Shown piece after piece: positions 26,185-35,845 of a stretch of DNA of 64,000 nt. The notes under the pieces were generated by a model. That model ran no database searches, had not been told where the DNA came from, and saw only the letters and a program-made list of their open reading frames with translations. This DNA comes from an uncultured Actinomycetota bacterium (GTDB lineage Bacteria > Actinomycetota > Actinomycetes > Mycobacteriales > Jatrophihabitantaceae), in assembly GCA_963839995.1 (NCBI GenBank), contig CAWIXH010000011.1:6152-70151 (forward strand), in the 5' to 3' direction. Both the position numbers and the translations under genes were made by a program. How positions within the stretch are numbered: the stretch's first letter is position 1; each line of letters starts with the position of its first letter.

Positions 26185-27404
26185 CTACAAATCGAGTGGG
26201 TCGAGCAGGCCGTTGCGCAGCGCGAACAGCGTTGCGGTCGAGCGTGAGGATGCCCCCGTCTTGGCGTATGTGCGTTCGAGTGGGTACCGGCGGTCTTGCG
26301 GGAGATCCCCAGCTGTCGCCCAACGTTGTTCGTGGTCGCGCCGTGCGCGATGAGGACGAGCACCTCGACTTCGCGAGCGGTCAGCCCGGCGGGCCCGGCC
26401 ACCCGGCGTCGTGTCCCCGCCCCCGCCGCGGTCAGCACGGCGTCGGCCGCGTCGGCGTCCAGCCGCCCCGTACGTGCCTCGCTCCGCAGCGCCACCGCGG
26501 CCTGGCTCGCGGTCAGCGCTCGCCGGTGTGCCCGGGGTTCGGTCATGGCCCGGAGGGCGCACGCAGCGGCCAGGATGCGGCCCGTGTAATAGGAGCCGAC
26601 GCGAACTCGCTCCCACTCCGTGGCCGACGACGGGCCGGGCTTGTCGAGAATCGTGACCGGCACGCCGTGCAGCCCGATGTCGTGCACAAACCCGGCTCGG
26701 TGAAGTCGGCCAACGCCTCCAGCGCCTCGTCGAACTCCGCGTCGGACGGCCGGTCGAGCAGCCCTGGCTCGCCGGCGATCAGCTTGTGTGCATCGTGGCT
26801 GTCCGCCTCGCCGGGTAACGCCGCAGGCGCAATCGCGCAGAATGCGTCGACCAACTCCGGGTCGAACTGTGTGCCGCGGCGCGCACGTGCCACCCGTACC
26901 GCGCTGTCGACACCGCCGTTTCGGTGGTACACCTCGACGACGTCGGCAAGGTGGAACAGCCCGCAGCGGCAGCGCGATTTCCGCCCCGCTCGCGTGCGGC
27001 GGGACGCCGCGTCCGTCCCAACGGGCGAAGAACTGACGCAGTGCCGCGGACACCGCCGCGTCGAGACCAAGCCGGTCGGACAACGTCGACGCGGTGATGC
27101 AGTGCCCCTGAATGCCACGCGCGACGCGACTGCCGCCGGTTGCCACCAAGGTCGCCGCTGCCCGTAGCCGTTGAGCAAGTGAGCCGCCGGCGCCCGCGTG
27201 GCTCACGAAGAACCCGAACGCGGGCAGCCCGCCCAGGTCGACGTCGTAACTGTCCGCACGGAACGCGATGTCATCGCCGAACGACGCGGCCACCTCGGGG
27301 GCGTCGGCGACACAGCCCACCCAAGCCAGCATCGCGACATAGAACAGCGCTGGTCGCGTCCATAACGACGCGGCGACCAGCAACATCAAGCTCCTTCGCA
27401 GCAC
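26185..27404 (-). pseudogene. HD-domain / LuxR-type HTH regulator with at least three frameshifts
   Basis: Pieces lie in three frames: TLSDRLGLDAAVSAALRQFFARWDGRGVP; FHLADVVEVYHRNGGVDSAVRVARARRGTQFDPELVDAFC; GFVHDIGLHGVPVTILDKPGPSSATEWERVR...GLTAREVEVLVLIAHGATTNNVGRQLGISRKTAGTH; and TYAKTGASSRSTATLFALRNGLLD. Confidence 0.6.
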
Positions 27405-27584
27405 TCCGTATTCGGCGTTGTGCCGACGTCTTATCCGGCGTTTTCAAGATCATTATCTCTGAGGTCCCGGAGTTTGGCGGCTCGATCTCTTGCGTACGCG
27501 TCCGTAAGAGATCGCGGTCAGCGCTGCAGGCAGGCGGTCGGGAGCCCGGGTCGGAGGTTGGCACGATGAACGTTTCGACGTCGG

Positions 27585-27752
27585 TCAGGCTTGCTGGGGC
27601 AGCGAGCGACGGCCGAGCCGCCGGCGCAGTTCGGGGTTCTCGCCGTGGGCGGCCTCCAGCGCCTGGTTGAGGCTGCGGATCTCGTCGCGGTGGCGGCGTT
27701 TGAGCTCGGCGAGTTGGGCGGTGAGGGTGCGCGTCGGGGTTACCGCGCATCA
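27585..27752 (-). pseudogene. Possible remnant of the small coiled-coil third gene of a Tn554-like trio
   Basis: TLTAQLAELKRRHRDEIRSLNQALEAAHGENPELRRRLGRRS follows the TnpB-like stop. The ATG overlapping that stop is in another frame. This call is weak. Confidence 0.25.
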
Positions 27753-28236
27753 GTCGTGCTCCTGCTTGTCGGCGAGGGCGTCGGTGCGAGCCTCGACCCC
27801 GGCGCCGCGGATCGCCCGCGCGCTGCCGTCGGCGAGGCGGGTGTGTTCGAGGGTGAGGATGACGCGGCCGAGTGCATCGTGTTCCTGGCGTCGTCCGGCC
27901 AGCCACACGTTGTCCTCGCTCATCTCCCGCCCGGTGCGGGCAAGGAACACAGCGTTACGTTCGGTGATCAGGTTTGCGGTGCGGTCGAGCTGGGTGCGCA
28001 GCTCGGGAAGGAAGCTGGCGTCGGTGGCGAACTTGTCACAGGTCAGGCACGAGTTGCCCTTCTGACAGACCTGGCGGGGTGGCAGCAGACACCAGCCGTT
28101 GGGCAGGATCCGGTCAGTGCGCCGGTCCAGTTCGAGCATGTCGTAGAGGTCTCGTGGGTCGATGTCCAGGTCGCGGGCGTCAGCGGTGATCTTGCGATAG
28201 CGCAGGAACTCCGCCTCGGCGGTGGACTGCAGCGTC
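27750..28236 (-). pseudogene. Tn554 TnpB-like tyrosine recombinase, 3' part (post-tyrosine extension with a Cys motif)
   Basis: TLQSTAEAEFLRYRKITADARDL...ILPNGWCLLPPRQVCQKGNSCLTCDKFATDASFLPELRTQLDRTANLI. It starts directly at the right end of element copy 2. Confidence 0.55.
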
Positions 28237-28274
28237 CTCTGGCGGAGTCAGGTTTTCCAACTGTCTGAATACCT

Positions 28275-30722
28275 TCACTGTTGATCATCGGCGACCAGCT
28301 CGACGGCCGGGGCGGACGCTGGTCGTCGGCTGATCTCGGCGGCGTAGTTGGTCCAGTCACCGGCGGCGGCGCGTTGCCAGGTGGCGGCGACGGCTATGTG
28401 GATGCCGAGCATGCGGGCGAGCATGGCGGCGGGCAGGTCGGTGGCGAGTTGGAACAGTGCGGCCGAGCGGGATGGCCCGGCCTGGATGCCGAGTTCGCGG
28501 AGTCGTTCGGCGAGGCGGGCGGCGCTGATGGGGTGTCCGGGGCGGCCGCCGGGGAACAGCCACCGTGAGGTTCCTTGGTCGCCGAGGACAGCGTGACCGC
28601 GACGAGTGTTGACCAGTTCCCGGACCAGGGCGTCGACTGGTTCGGGCAGGGTGACGGGTTCGCGTCCGAGTCGGAGGCGGGTCTCGCTGTTGCTGGTCTG
28701 GACGTGGTCGAGGGTGAGCCGGCTGATCGCTGCCGCGGTTTGCGCGTAGAGGAGCACGAGCAACCCGGCGACGCGGCCCTCGGGCTGGAGGGTGTCGTCG
28801 TGCAGGAGCCGGCGGGCCTGGGACCAGCGGGTCTCGGTGTCGATCACGCCGGTCGGCCCGTGCCATCGGGTGGCGGCGAACTCCAGTCGGGTGAGTTTCT
28901 GCTTGCGAGCCCAGCGGACGAAGTTCCCCGCGTCGGTAGCCGAGCGTGTGCCGCTGGCCAGCCAGGTATCGAGGTCGCCTTGCCCGGCCGTGGCCAGGGT
29001 TCGGTCCTGGGTTTCCAGCCAGTCGAGCAAGGCGATCGCGGCAGTGATCTTGCGGCGAGCTGCGATGGCCTGCCCGTTGGTGGTGCTGGCCTCGCGCACC
29101 CGCCGCCGGAGTCTGCGCAGCACGTGCCAGGTGGCGTAGCGGTGCAGCAGTTGTCGTTCATCGGCGTCCTCGCGCACGGTGATGGTGGCCGTGATCCAGT
29201 TCTCGAGTCGGGTCATCTGCTCGTCGCGGGCAGGCAGTGCACCGACGGCAACCAGGACGCTGCGCAGGTGCTGCAGCGGCTTGGAATCGGGCAGTTCGTC
29301 GAGCCCGGCGTGGGTCAGTGGACGTTGCCCGGTGGCGAGTTCACCCAAGATCGCCGACGCGTTGTCCTTGTTGAGCCAGGTCAGCACGGTGTCTGGACGT
29401 TCGTGGCCGGCGAGGTGTTCGTGCAACGCTCGCAGGCGTGGGTGGATACCGCCGTCCTCGTCGCAGCCGAGCAGCTGCTCGAGCCGCTGTCGAAGCGCGC
29501 AGCGGCCGCAGGTGCGTCGCCGGTGCACGGTGTGTTCGCCGCAGCCGGGGCAGGTGTGCCAGAACGACGGGTCAGGGCGGGTGCAGGTGGCGCAGAGCGG
29601 GGCGGCGAGCTTTCCGCCACGCACCAACCGTATGGCCCCGCAGCCGACGCAGCGGGCCCGGCGTTTGCTGCAGGCGTAGCACCACGGTTGCCCGGTCGCG
29701 GTGGAGATCACGCCCGGCGCGTGACGGCCGCAGATCGAGCAGTCCACCACGCTGATCGGTCGGCATGCCTGACACGACGGCCCGCCCGGAGTGCGGGTGT
29801 GGACCCGGCGACGTCGCCCGCATCCGACACAGGTTTCCTGGTTGGCGGGCTCGGCGACCAGGCAGTTGGGACACAGCGGCCGGCCATGCTCGTCCCGGGC
29901 GGCCGCCTCGCGGATGACACCGCAGCGGGAGCAGGGCTGGGCGCGGGACTTGGCCAGGCAGTTGCGGCAGTGCCATTGACCGTTGATGCGCCGGTGCAGT
30001 CGTACGATCCGCTGACACTGCGGGCAGGCCGGTCGGATGATGGCTTGCGCGCCGGCCTCGCGAAGTTCGTCGATGAGCCGCAGCACGCCGTGCATCGGTG
30101 CCTGCGCGCTTTGGCCGGTGAGCAGCTCAGGTCGGTCCTCGATGGCCCAGGCCAGGCGCTGCAGATAGCTGGGCCTGGAGAACACGCGCCCGATAGCGGT
30201 GGTGATGTCCTCGACTGGCAGCGACGGTTCCAGGGTCGTGATCACCGTGATCAGGGTGAGCAACGGATCCCGGCCATCGGCATCGGGGCAGCGCGAACAG
30301 CGGGGCCGGCCCTCGCGGTCGAGGGTGACCACGATCCGGTTCTGGCCACAGGCAGCGCACCCGGTCGCCCGGGGGCTGCAAACCGCGCAGTACCAGTCGG
30401 TTCCGCGTCGCTGCAGCGTACGAAGCTGCTTGCCGCAGCCCGCGCAGACCGGCGCCGCGATGCTCATCGCGCCCGCGGTCCGCAGGTTCACCAGCAGGTC
30501 ACCGACAACGCGTGGGGCGGGCGAGCGGCCGTCGGTGAGCACGGCGGGCCGCTCCAGCAGCGCCTGAGCGAGCCGGCGGCGCTTCGCCCGACCGCCGGCG
30601 ACCTCGGTGGCCGCCTGCTCGATGACGGCGCGATCCAGCGCGGGCTCGGCGCCGGCGACCATGTCGACGACCACACCGATCGGGTCGGCGAGTACCTCGG
30701 GCACCATCACGCTGGTCGGCAT
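28275..30722 (-). CDS. 815-aa zinc-ribbon-rich integrase-like protein (copy 2)
   Basis: The translation is identical to 18030-20477. Confidence 0.8.
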   Translation of the reverse strand: MPTSVMVPEVLADPIGVVVDMVAGAEPALDRAVIEQAATEVAGGRAKRRRLAQALLERPAVLTDGRSPAPRVVGDLLVNLRTAGAMSIAAPVCAGCGKQLRTLQRRGTDWYCAVCSPRATGCAACGQNRIVVTLDREGRPRCSRCPDADGRDPLLTLITVITTLEPSLPVEDITTAIGRVFSRPSYLQRLAWAIEDRPELLTGQSAQAPMHGVLRLIDELREAGAQAIIRPACPQCQRIVRLHRRINGQWHCRNCLAKSRAQPCSRCGVIREAAARDEHGRPLCPNCLVAEPANQETCVGCGRRRRVHTRTPGGPSCQACRPISVVDCSICGRHAPGVISTATGQPWCYACSKRRARCVGCGAIRLVRGGKLAAPLCATCTRPDPSFWHTCPGCGEHTVHRRRTCGRCALRQRLEQLLGCDEDGGIHPRLRALHEHLAGHERPDTVLTWLNKDNASAILGELATGQRPLTHAGLDELPDSKPLQHLRSVLVAVGALPARDEQMTRLENWITATITVREDADERQLLHRYATWHVLRRLRRRVREASTTNGQAIAARRKITAAIALLDWLETQDRTLATAGQGDLDTWLASGTRSATDAGNFVRWARKQKLTRLEFAATRWHGPTGVIDTETRWSQARRLLHDDTLQPEGRVAGLLVLLYAQTAAAISRLTLDHVQTSNSETRLRLGREPVTLPEPVDALVRELVNTRRGHAVLGDQGTSRWLFPGGRPGHPISAARLAERLRELGIQAGPSRSAALFQLATDLPAAMLARMLGIHIAVAATWQRAAAGDWTNYAAEISRRPASAPAVELVADDQQ

Positions 30723-30725
30723 CGA

Positions 30726-31052
30726 TCAGCTGCGGGTGATGCGCGCCGGCTTCGGGCGCAGCGTCCCGATCCCGGTCTCCGAGCCGCCGGCCGCACGGCG
30801 CTTGCGGGCCGGCGAGCCAGCGGCGACTGGTTCGATCAGCTCGTCCATCGAGCAGTCCATGATGTCCAGCAACGCCATGAGGATCTTCAAGCTCAGCCGC
30901 TCCGGCCGCTCGACGACCAGCCGGTAGACCTGGCTGGAGGACAGCCGGATCCCGCGAGCGGCGAGCGGGTCGATCAGGTCGGTGGTGGCGAACATGCCCT
31001 GGGTGGCCATTACCTGCCGCAGGTTCCACCGGTAATCCAGTTTGCGTGTCAT
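30726..31052 (-). CDS. Small HTH protein (copy 2)
   Basis: The translation is identical to 17700-18026. Confidence 0.75.
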   Translation of the reverse strand: MTRKLDYRWNLRQVMATQGMFATTDLIDPLAARGIRLSSSQVYRLVVERPERLSLKILMALLDIMDCSMDELIEPVAAGSPARKRRAAGGSETGIGTLRPKPARITRS

Positions 31053-31061
31053 CGAATCTCC

Positions 31062-32225
31062 TTACCGAACCTGGGCATCTGGCTCGAAGGCCGGGGTGAG
31101 TGCCTTGCGCAGCGCGGTGTTCATGAAGTCCCCGGACACGTGGGTATAGATCGCCGTGGACGTGTCACAGCGATGTCCGACGGCCTCCTGGATGAACCGG
31201 CGGTCGGCCCCGTTCTCCGTAAGGTGGGTCACGAACGAGTGCCTGAGCGAATGGGGCGTCAGCTCGCGGGGCAGCCCGAGCGCATCACGGTAGGCAACGA
31301 ACCGGGCGTTGATCTCTGCGGGTTTGATCCGGCCACCGCGTTCGGTGACCCACAACGCCGGATGATCTACCGCCCCGAAACGGGGCCTGATGTTCTCGAC
31401 GTAATCGCTCACCGCCTCCACTGCCCAGCCGAACACCGAGGGCACGTTGCGCCGCCGGGGTGGCTGGCCGCGCACCGCCTTGCCGTAGCGGACGTGCAGC
31501 ATCCCGAACCGGCCGAACTCCGGCGCAGCCGGGTTGCGGCCCCAGTCGGCCAGATCCAGCTTCGAGGTCTCGGTGCGCCGCAGTCCCCACCCGTAGACCA
31601 CCTTGAACAGCGTGGCGTCCCGGTAGGCCGCCAACGCGCCCTTACGTCTGGCCTGCGCCGCCCGGTCGACCTGCTCATCGGCGTAGTCCAGAAAGCGTTG
31701 CAGTTCGGCCCGGGTGAACGGCCGGGCCTCCGGGTCGCCCTCGTACTCGTTCAGGTGCGTGATCGTGTTCCACTCGTGGCAGATCGGTACCGGATGCACC
31801 CCCGGCCCGAACTCCGTCTCGCACGCGGCCGCCCAGCCATACCGTCCGTCGCACACGTACTCGCTGAACAACCGCAGCTCGGTCTGGTAGTTACGGATCG
31901 TCGACGCCGCCAGATGCCGCTCCGCGGTCAACATCAACGTCCACTCGTCCACGTGCCCCGGCCGCCACTGCCACGGGTACTCGTTGGTGAAGGCCATGAA
32001 CCGGCGCACCAGCCGCTGCCGGTAACCGACGGTCTCCGCGCGCAGGCCACGCGCTACCTGCTGCGCCTGCCAGCCCCGCAACATCGCCTCGACCATCGCA
32101 TCCTCCGGCCGCAGCTGCCGAACCCCGTCGACCAGCTCGGCGCTCGCCGCGCCCGCCAAACCCACCCGCCGCAACGCGACCCCCAGCTCCAGTTGGTGGG
32201 CATATCCTGCATCAGACGGGATCAA
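31062..32225 (-). CDS. Tyrosine integrase (copy 2)
   Basis: The translation is identical to 16527-17690. Confidence 0.85.
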   Translation of the reverse strand: MIPSDAGYAHQLELGVALRRVGLAGAASAELVDGVRQLRPEDAMVEAMLRGWQAQQVARGLRAETVGYRQRLVRRFMAFTNEYPWQWRPGHVDEWTLMLTAERHLAASTIRNYQTELRLFSEYVCDGRYGWAAACETEFGPGVHPVPICHEWNTITHLNEYEGDPEARPFTRAELQRFLDYADEQVDRAAQARRKGALAAYRDATLFKVVYGWGLRRTETSKLDLADWGRNPAAPEFGRFGMLHVRYGKAVRGQPPRRRNVPSVFGWAVEAVSDYVENIRPRFGAVDHPALWVTERGGRIKPAEINARFVAYRDALGLPRELTPHSLRHSFVTHLTENGADRRFIQEAVGHRCDTSTAIYTHVSGDFMNTALRKALTPAFEPDAQVR

Positions 32226-32342
32226 ACGATCAAGCCGACACTCCCGAAGCCCGAATATCCAGCAGGCGCGAGACGTGTTTCAGGCGACCAACTGCCGGAG
32301 TGCCGAATTCGGATCATGCATCTGATGCAATTCCCGAGGGTT

Positions 32343-33386
32343 GGTGTAGATCGCCGTCGAGGTGTCGCAGCGATGCCCGACCTGTTCTTGGATGAATCGG
32401 CGGTCCGCGCCGTCCTCGGTCAGGTGCGTGACATAGGAGTGGCGCAGCGAGTGCGGCGACAAATCACGCGGCAGGCCGAGTGCGTCGCGGTAGGCGACGA
32501 ACCGGGCGTTGATCTCCGCGGGCTTGACCCGCCCACCTCGCTCAGTGATCCACAACGCCGGATGATCCACGGCACCGAACCGAGGCCGGACGTTGTCGAC
32601 GTAGTCGGCGACCGCCTCCACCGCCCAGCCCATCACCGAAGCGACGTTGCGCCGACGGGGCGGTTGGCCGCGCACCGCCTTGCCGTAGCGCACGTGCAGC
32701 ATCCCGAACCGGCCGAACTCCGCCGCTGCCGGGTTGCGGCCCCAATCGGCCAGGTCCAGCTTCGCGGTCTCGGTGCGCCGCAGCCCCCAGCCATAGATCA
32801 CCTTGAACAACGTCGCGTCCCGGTAGGCGGCCAGCGCACCCTTGCGCTTGGCCCGTGCCGCTCGCTCGACCTGCTCGTCGGCGTAGTCCAGGAACCGTTG
32901 CAGCTCCTCGCGCGAGAGCGGCCGGGCCTCCGGGCTGCCCTCGTACTCGTTCAGGTGCGCGATGGTGTTCCACTCATGACAGATCGGCACCGGGAACTGC
33001 CCGAACGCCTCCTCACACGCGCTTGCCCAGCCATAGCGGGCATCGGTGAGGTACTCACTGAACAGACGAAGATCGGTCTGGTAGCCGCGGATCGTCGCCG
33101 GCGCCAGATGCCGTTCGGCGGTCAACGTCAACGTCCACTCGTCCACGTGACCAGGACCCCACTGCCAGGGAAACTCGTTGGTAAACACGACGAACGCTCG
33201 CACCAACCGCTCCCGGGGATCGATAGTCGACGCGCGCAGCCCACGGGCAGTCTGCTGCGCCCGCCAGCCGCGCAGCATCGCCTCCACCATCGCCTCTTCC
33301 GGCCGCAGTTGGACGACGCCGTCCATCAACTCAGCGGTCGCCGCACCCGCCAAACCCACCCGCTGCAACCTGCCTCCCATCGCCAA
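32343..33386 (-). pseudogene. Sister-element integrase, interrupted after ...VGHRCDTSTAIYT by copy 2
   Basis: MAMGGRLQRVGLAGAATAELMDGVVQLRPEEAMVEAMLRGW...HSLRHSYVTHLTEDGADRRFIQEQVGHRCDTSTAIYT, then the element tail NPRELHQMHDPNSALRQLVA* (stop at 32280). Confidence 0.85.
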
Positions 33387-33536
33387 GTGACGGGCGTATC
33401 CTGCATCAGACGGGATCAGCCGATCAACGCGACGCGCCGCATCCCTTCCCCGATCGTTGATCCAGGACTTCGTTCAACCCGCCAACTCTCGGAAAGACCA
33501 ATTCGGATCATGCATCTGATGCAATTCCCGAGGGTT
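32343..33536 (-). mobile_element. Diverged sister element: left end plus the 5' 348 codons of its integrase only
   Basis: It has the same 37-nt tip (aaccctcgggaattgcatcagatgcatgatccgaatt) and the same 22-nt internal site, with a diverged spacer. Its integrase is clearly homologous but not identical to the 387-aa Int. Confidence 0.8.
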
Positions 33537-33899
33537 TGCGTAGACCATGCTCATCGTCGGCGTCAGGTGCCCGAGGTAGCGCTGCAGGACCTGAATCGGC
33601 ACGCCGTTATTGAGCAGGTTGGTGGCGACCGTGTGCCGGAAACGGTGGGTGCGGTTGAAGTCGACGAGCGTGCCGGTGCCGTCGCGCACTTCCAGCCGGG
33701 CGGCCAGCTTGCTCAGCGCCTGCCGCAGGCTGTTACCGGAGTAGGGCCTGTCGCCGTTGCGGTTCATCAACGGCGCGAGGAACAGGTACTTCGGCATGAC
33801 GCCCGGAGCGCCGTGTTCGGCAAAGTACCGCGCCGCCCACTGCTGCTGTTCGCGGATGATCGCGACGATCTCTGCGTGCACGAGGATCGAGTTCGGCGA
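33537..33899 (-). pseudogene. Tn554 TnpB-like tyrosine recombinase, internal fragment ending ...LGHLTPTMSMVYA
   Basis: SPNSILVHAEIVAIIREQQQWAARYF...THRFRHTVATNLLNNGVPIQVLQRYLGHLTPTMSMVYA, then the sister-element tail NPRELHQMHDPNWSFRELAG* (stop at 33474). The N-terminal half of the gene is absent. Confidence 0.6.
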
Positions 33900-33995
33900 T
33901 CAGGGCAGGTGTCGGGATCGGTGAGCCGCGCCCGTCCGCCGGCGTTGCCATCGCCGGTGGTTGCGGTGTCGGCGCTTCCACGCTGGGGATGCCGG

Positions 33996-34947
33996 TCATT
34001 GCGCCTGACCCAATCGGCTGGTGACCTGCAGGAACCACGACTCGAGTGAAGTGTTGACGGGCTGGAGTCGGTAGACGGAGATCCCGCCGCTGACCAGCGC
34101 GCGCGATCGTCGCGATGACATCGCGCGACGTGTCGGCAGGCAGGCTGATAGCCAAACCACCGCCATCGATGGTGACGGTCACGAGCAAGTTCGCAGCGTC
34201 GACGAGGGCGCTCGCCCGGTCGGGATCGGAGCACTCGACCTGCAACCTGACGGCCGTCCCGGCCAGCAGCTCGGTGATCGGCCCCTGCCGGATCACGTTG
34301 CCGCGGTCCACGATCGCGACCGCGTCGCAGGTGCGCTCGACCTCGTCCAGCAGGTGCGAGGACAACACGACCGTGCGTCCCTCGGCGACCAGCGAGCGGA
34401 TCATGTCGCGCATCTCCTGCATACCGGCGGGATCGAGGCCGTTCATCGGCTCATCCAAGATCAACAACTGCGGGTCGCCGATGAGGCACGCTGCGACACC
34501 CAGCCGCTGCCGCATGCCCATCGAGTACGTCGACACCCGGTCCTCGGCCCGGTGCAAGATCCCCACGCGCTCCAAGGACGCGTCGATGCGGCCACGAGCC
34601 GCGGGCTCTCGTGCCGCCGCGAGCACCTGCAGATTCTCCCGGCCGGTCAGGTGACCGTGGAAGCGCGGCTCGTCGACGATGGCCGCCACCCGAGCCAGCG
34701 CCAGATCGCGATGCGCGGGAACGGCGTAGCCGAGCAGCGACATCGACCCCGCGTCCGCGTGCGTGAGCCCGAGCAACACGCGGATCAACGTCGTCTTACC
34801 CGCGCCGTTCGGGCCGAGATAACCGAACGCACAGCCGCGTGGGATACGCAGGTCCACGTTGTTGACCGCGACGTTGTCGCCGAACCGCTTCGTCAACCCG
34901 TGTGCCTCGACCGCCCACCGACCGTCGGAGGCCACCACCGCCGTCAT
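33996..34947 (-). pseudogene. ABC-2-type ABC transporter ATP-binding protein, frameshift in a GC-repeat near 34096-34106
   Basis: Walker A GPNGAGKTT, signature YSMGMRQRLG, Walker B LLILDEP. The C-terminus ALVSGGISVYRLQPVNTSLESWFLQVTSRLGQAQ* is in the next frame. Confidence 0.75.
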
Positions 34948-35337
34948 CACGAGCACCGAGCCGGTGCGCGTGCCGCCATCCTCCACCCCTTCCGCCCGCC
35001 CGCTCCACTTGATCGTGCACCGAATCACGCGGAGCGGCATCAGGTACGCCCCTGACACGACCCGGAATCGTCACCCGCTCACTCGGCGCGTTCTCAGCGA
35101 CCCGCTCGAAGATTCGGTCCACCGCCCATAACGACAACACCGGGCCGGCCGGACTCTCATCTACAGCGCGCGATTCGGCGCTCGCGCAGACCTGCGCGGA
35201 CACCGTGGGTGATCGCGCCTGCCGTGTCGTTTCATGCCGGCTGTACCGGACCCGTCGATGGCTGCGGCCGCAGCGCCATTGATCACGTCAGCGGGCCTGT
35301 GCCGGTCCGTCGCCGCTCGAAGGGCGCCGGCGTGAGC

Positions 35338-35724
35338 TCAGCGGGCCGAGGTACGGCTGAAGCCGCCCTCGTGCACGGGCATCCGCGTGACGGTGATCGA
35401 CGGGTCGTCCCACTTCGCGAGCTCGGCCGACAGGGTGGGAGTGATCTCGCCGTAGTACTGCTCGCTTACGACCGCCTCGAGGATGTCGAACGCCGATGCG
35501 AAGTGCTTCGCGTTGGCCTGCATGTGGAACTCCATCGACGCGGCATCGAGGTGGACCTGGACGATCGTGAGGCTCCGCGCCGCGTCGTCGAGGTAGGCAT
35601 GGAAGGCGATGATCCGCGGCTCGTTGGTCTCGACGAAGTCGACGAGCGACGCCACGAGCTTGCGGACGTCGTCCTCCTTCCCCGGCTTGACCGTCATCGT
35701 GCCGACGTAAACGAACGCTGCCAT
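35338..35724 (-). CDS. ABM-fold (antibiotic-biosynthesis-monooxygenase-like) protein
   Basis: MAAFVYVGTMTVKPGKEDDVRKLVASLVDFVETNEPRIIAFHAYLDD. The ORF is intact at 128 codons. Confidence 0.65.
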   Translation of the reverse strand: MAAFVYVGTMTVKPGKEDDVRKLVASLVDFVETNEPRIIAFHAYLDDAARSLTIVQVHLDAASMEFHMQANAKHFASAFDILEAVVSEQYYGEITPTLSAELAKWDDPSITVTRMPVHEGGFSRTSAR

Positions 35725-35845
35725 GGCCGTCCCCTTTCCTTCCCTGAGCCGATGTGGCGTCTGAGGTCATACTGGTCCCGGCTGCTAACGACCCGCTAAG
35801 GCCGCGGGCCCACGGCGCGTAGGCCGGCTGTCCGGTGGGGGCGTG

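Larger units (their letters stand above)
28237..32342 (-). mobile_element. Three-gene tyrosine-recombinase element, copy 2 (4,106 bp, inverted relative to copy 1)
   Basis: Coordinates mirror copy 1 exactly (x + y = 48752), and every overlapping six-frame ORF translation supplied is identical. Confidence 0.9.

Noticed and set aside
20516-28236. I asked whether the segment between the two inverted element copies has already been inverted.
   Set aside because: Both halves of ritC flank copy 1 in the correct order and phase, so the present arrangement needs no inversion. Inversion remains only a possibility.
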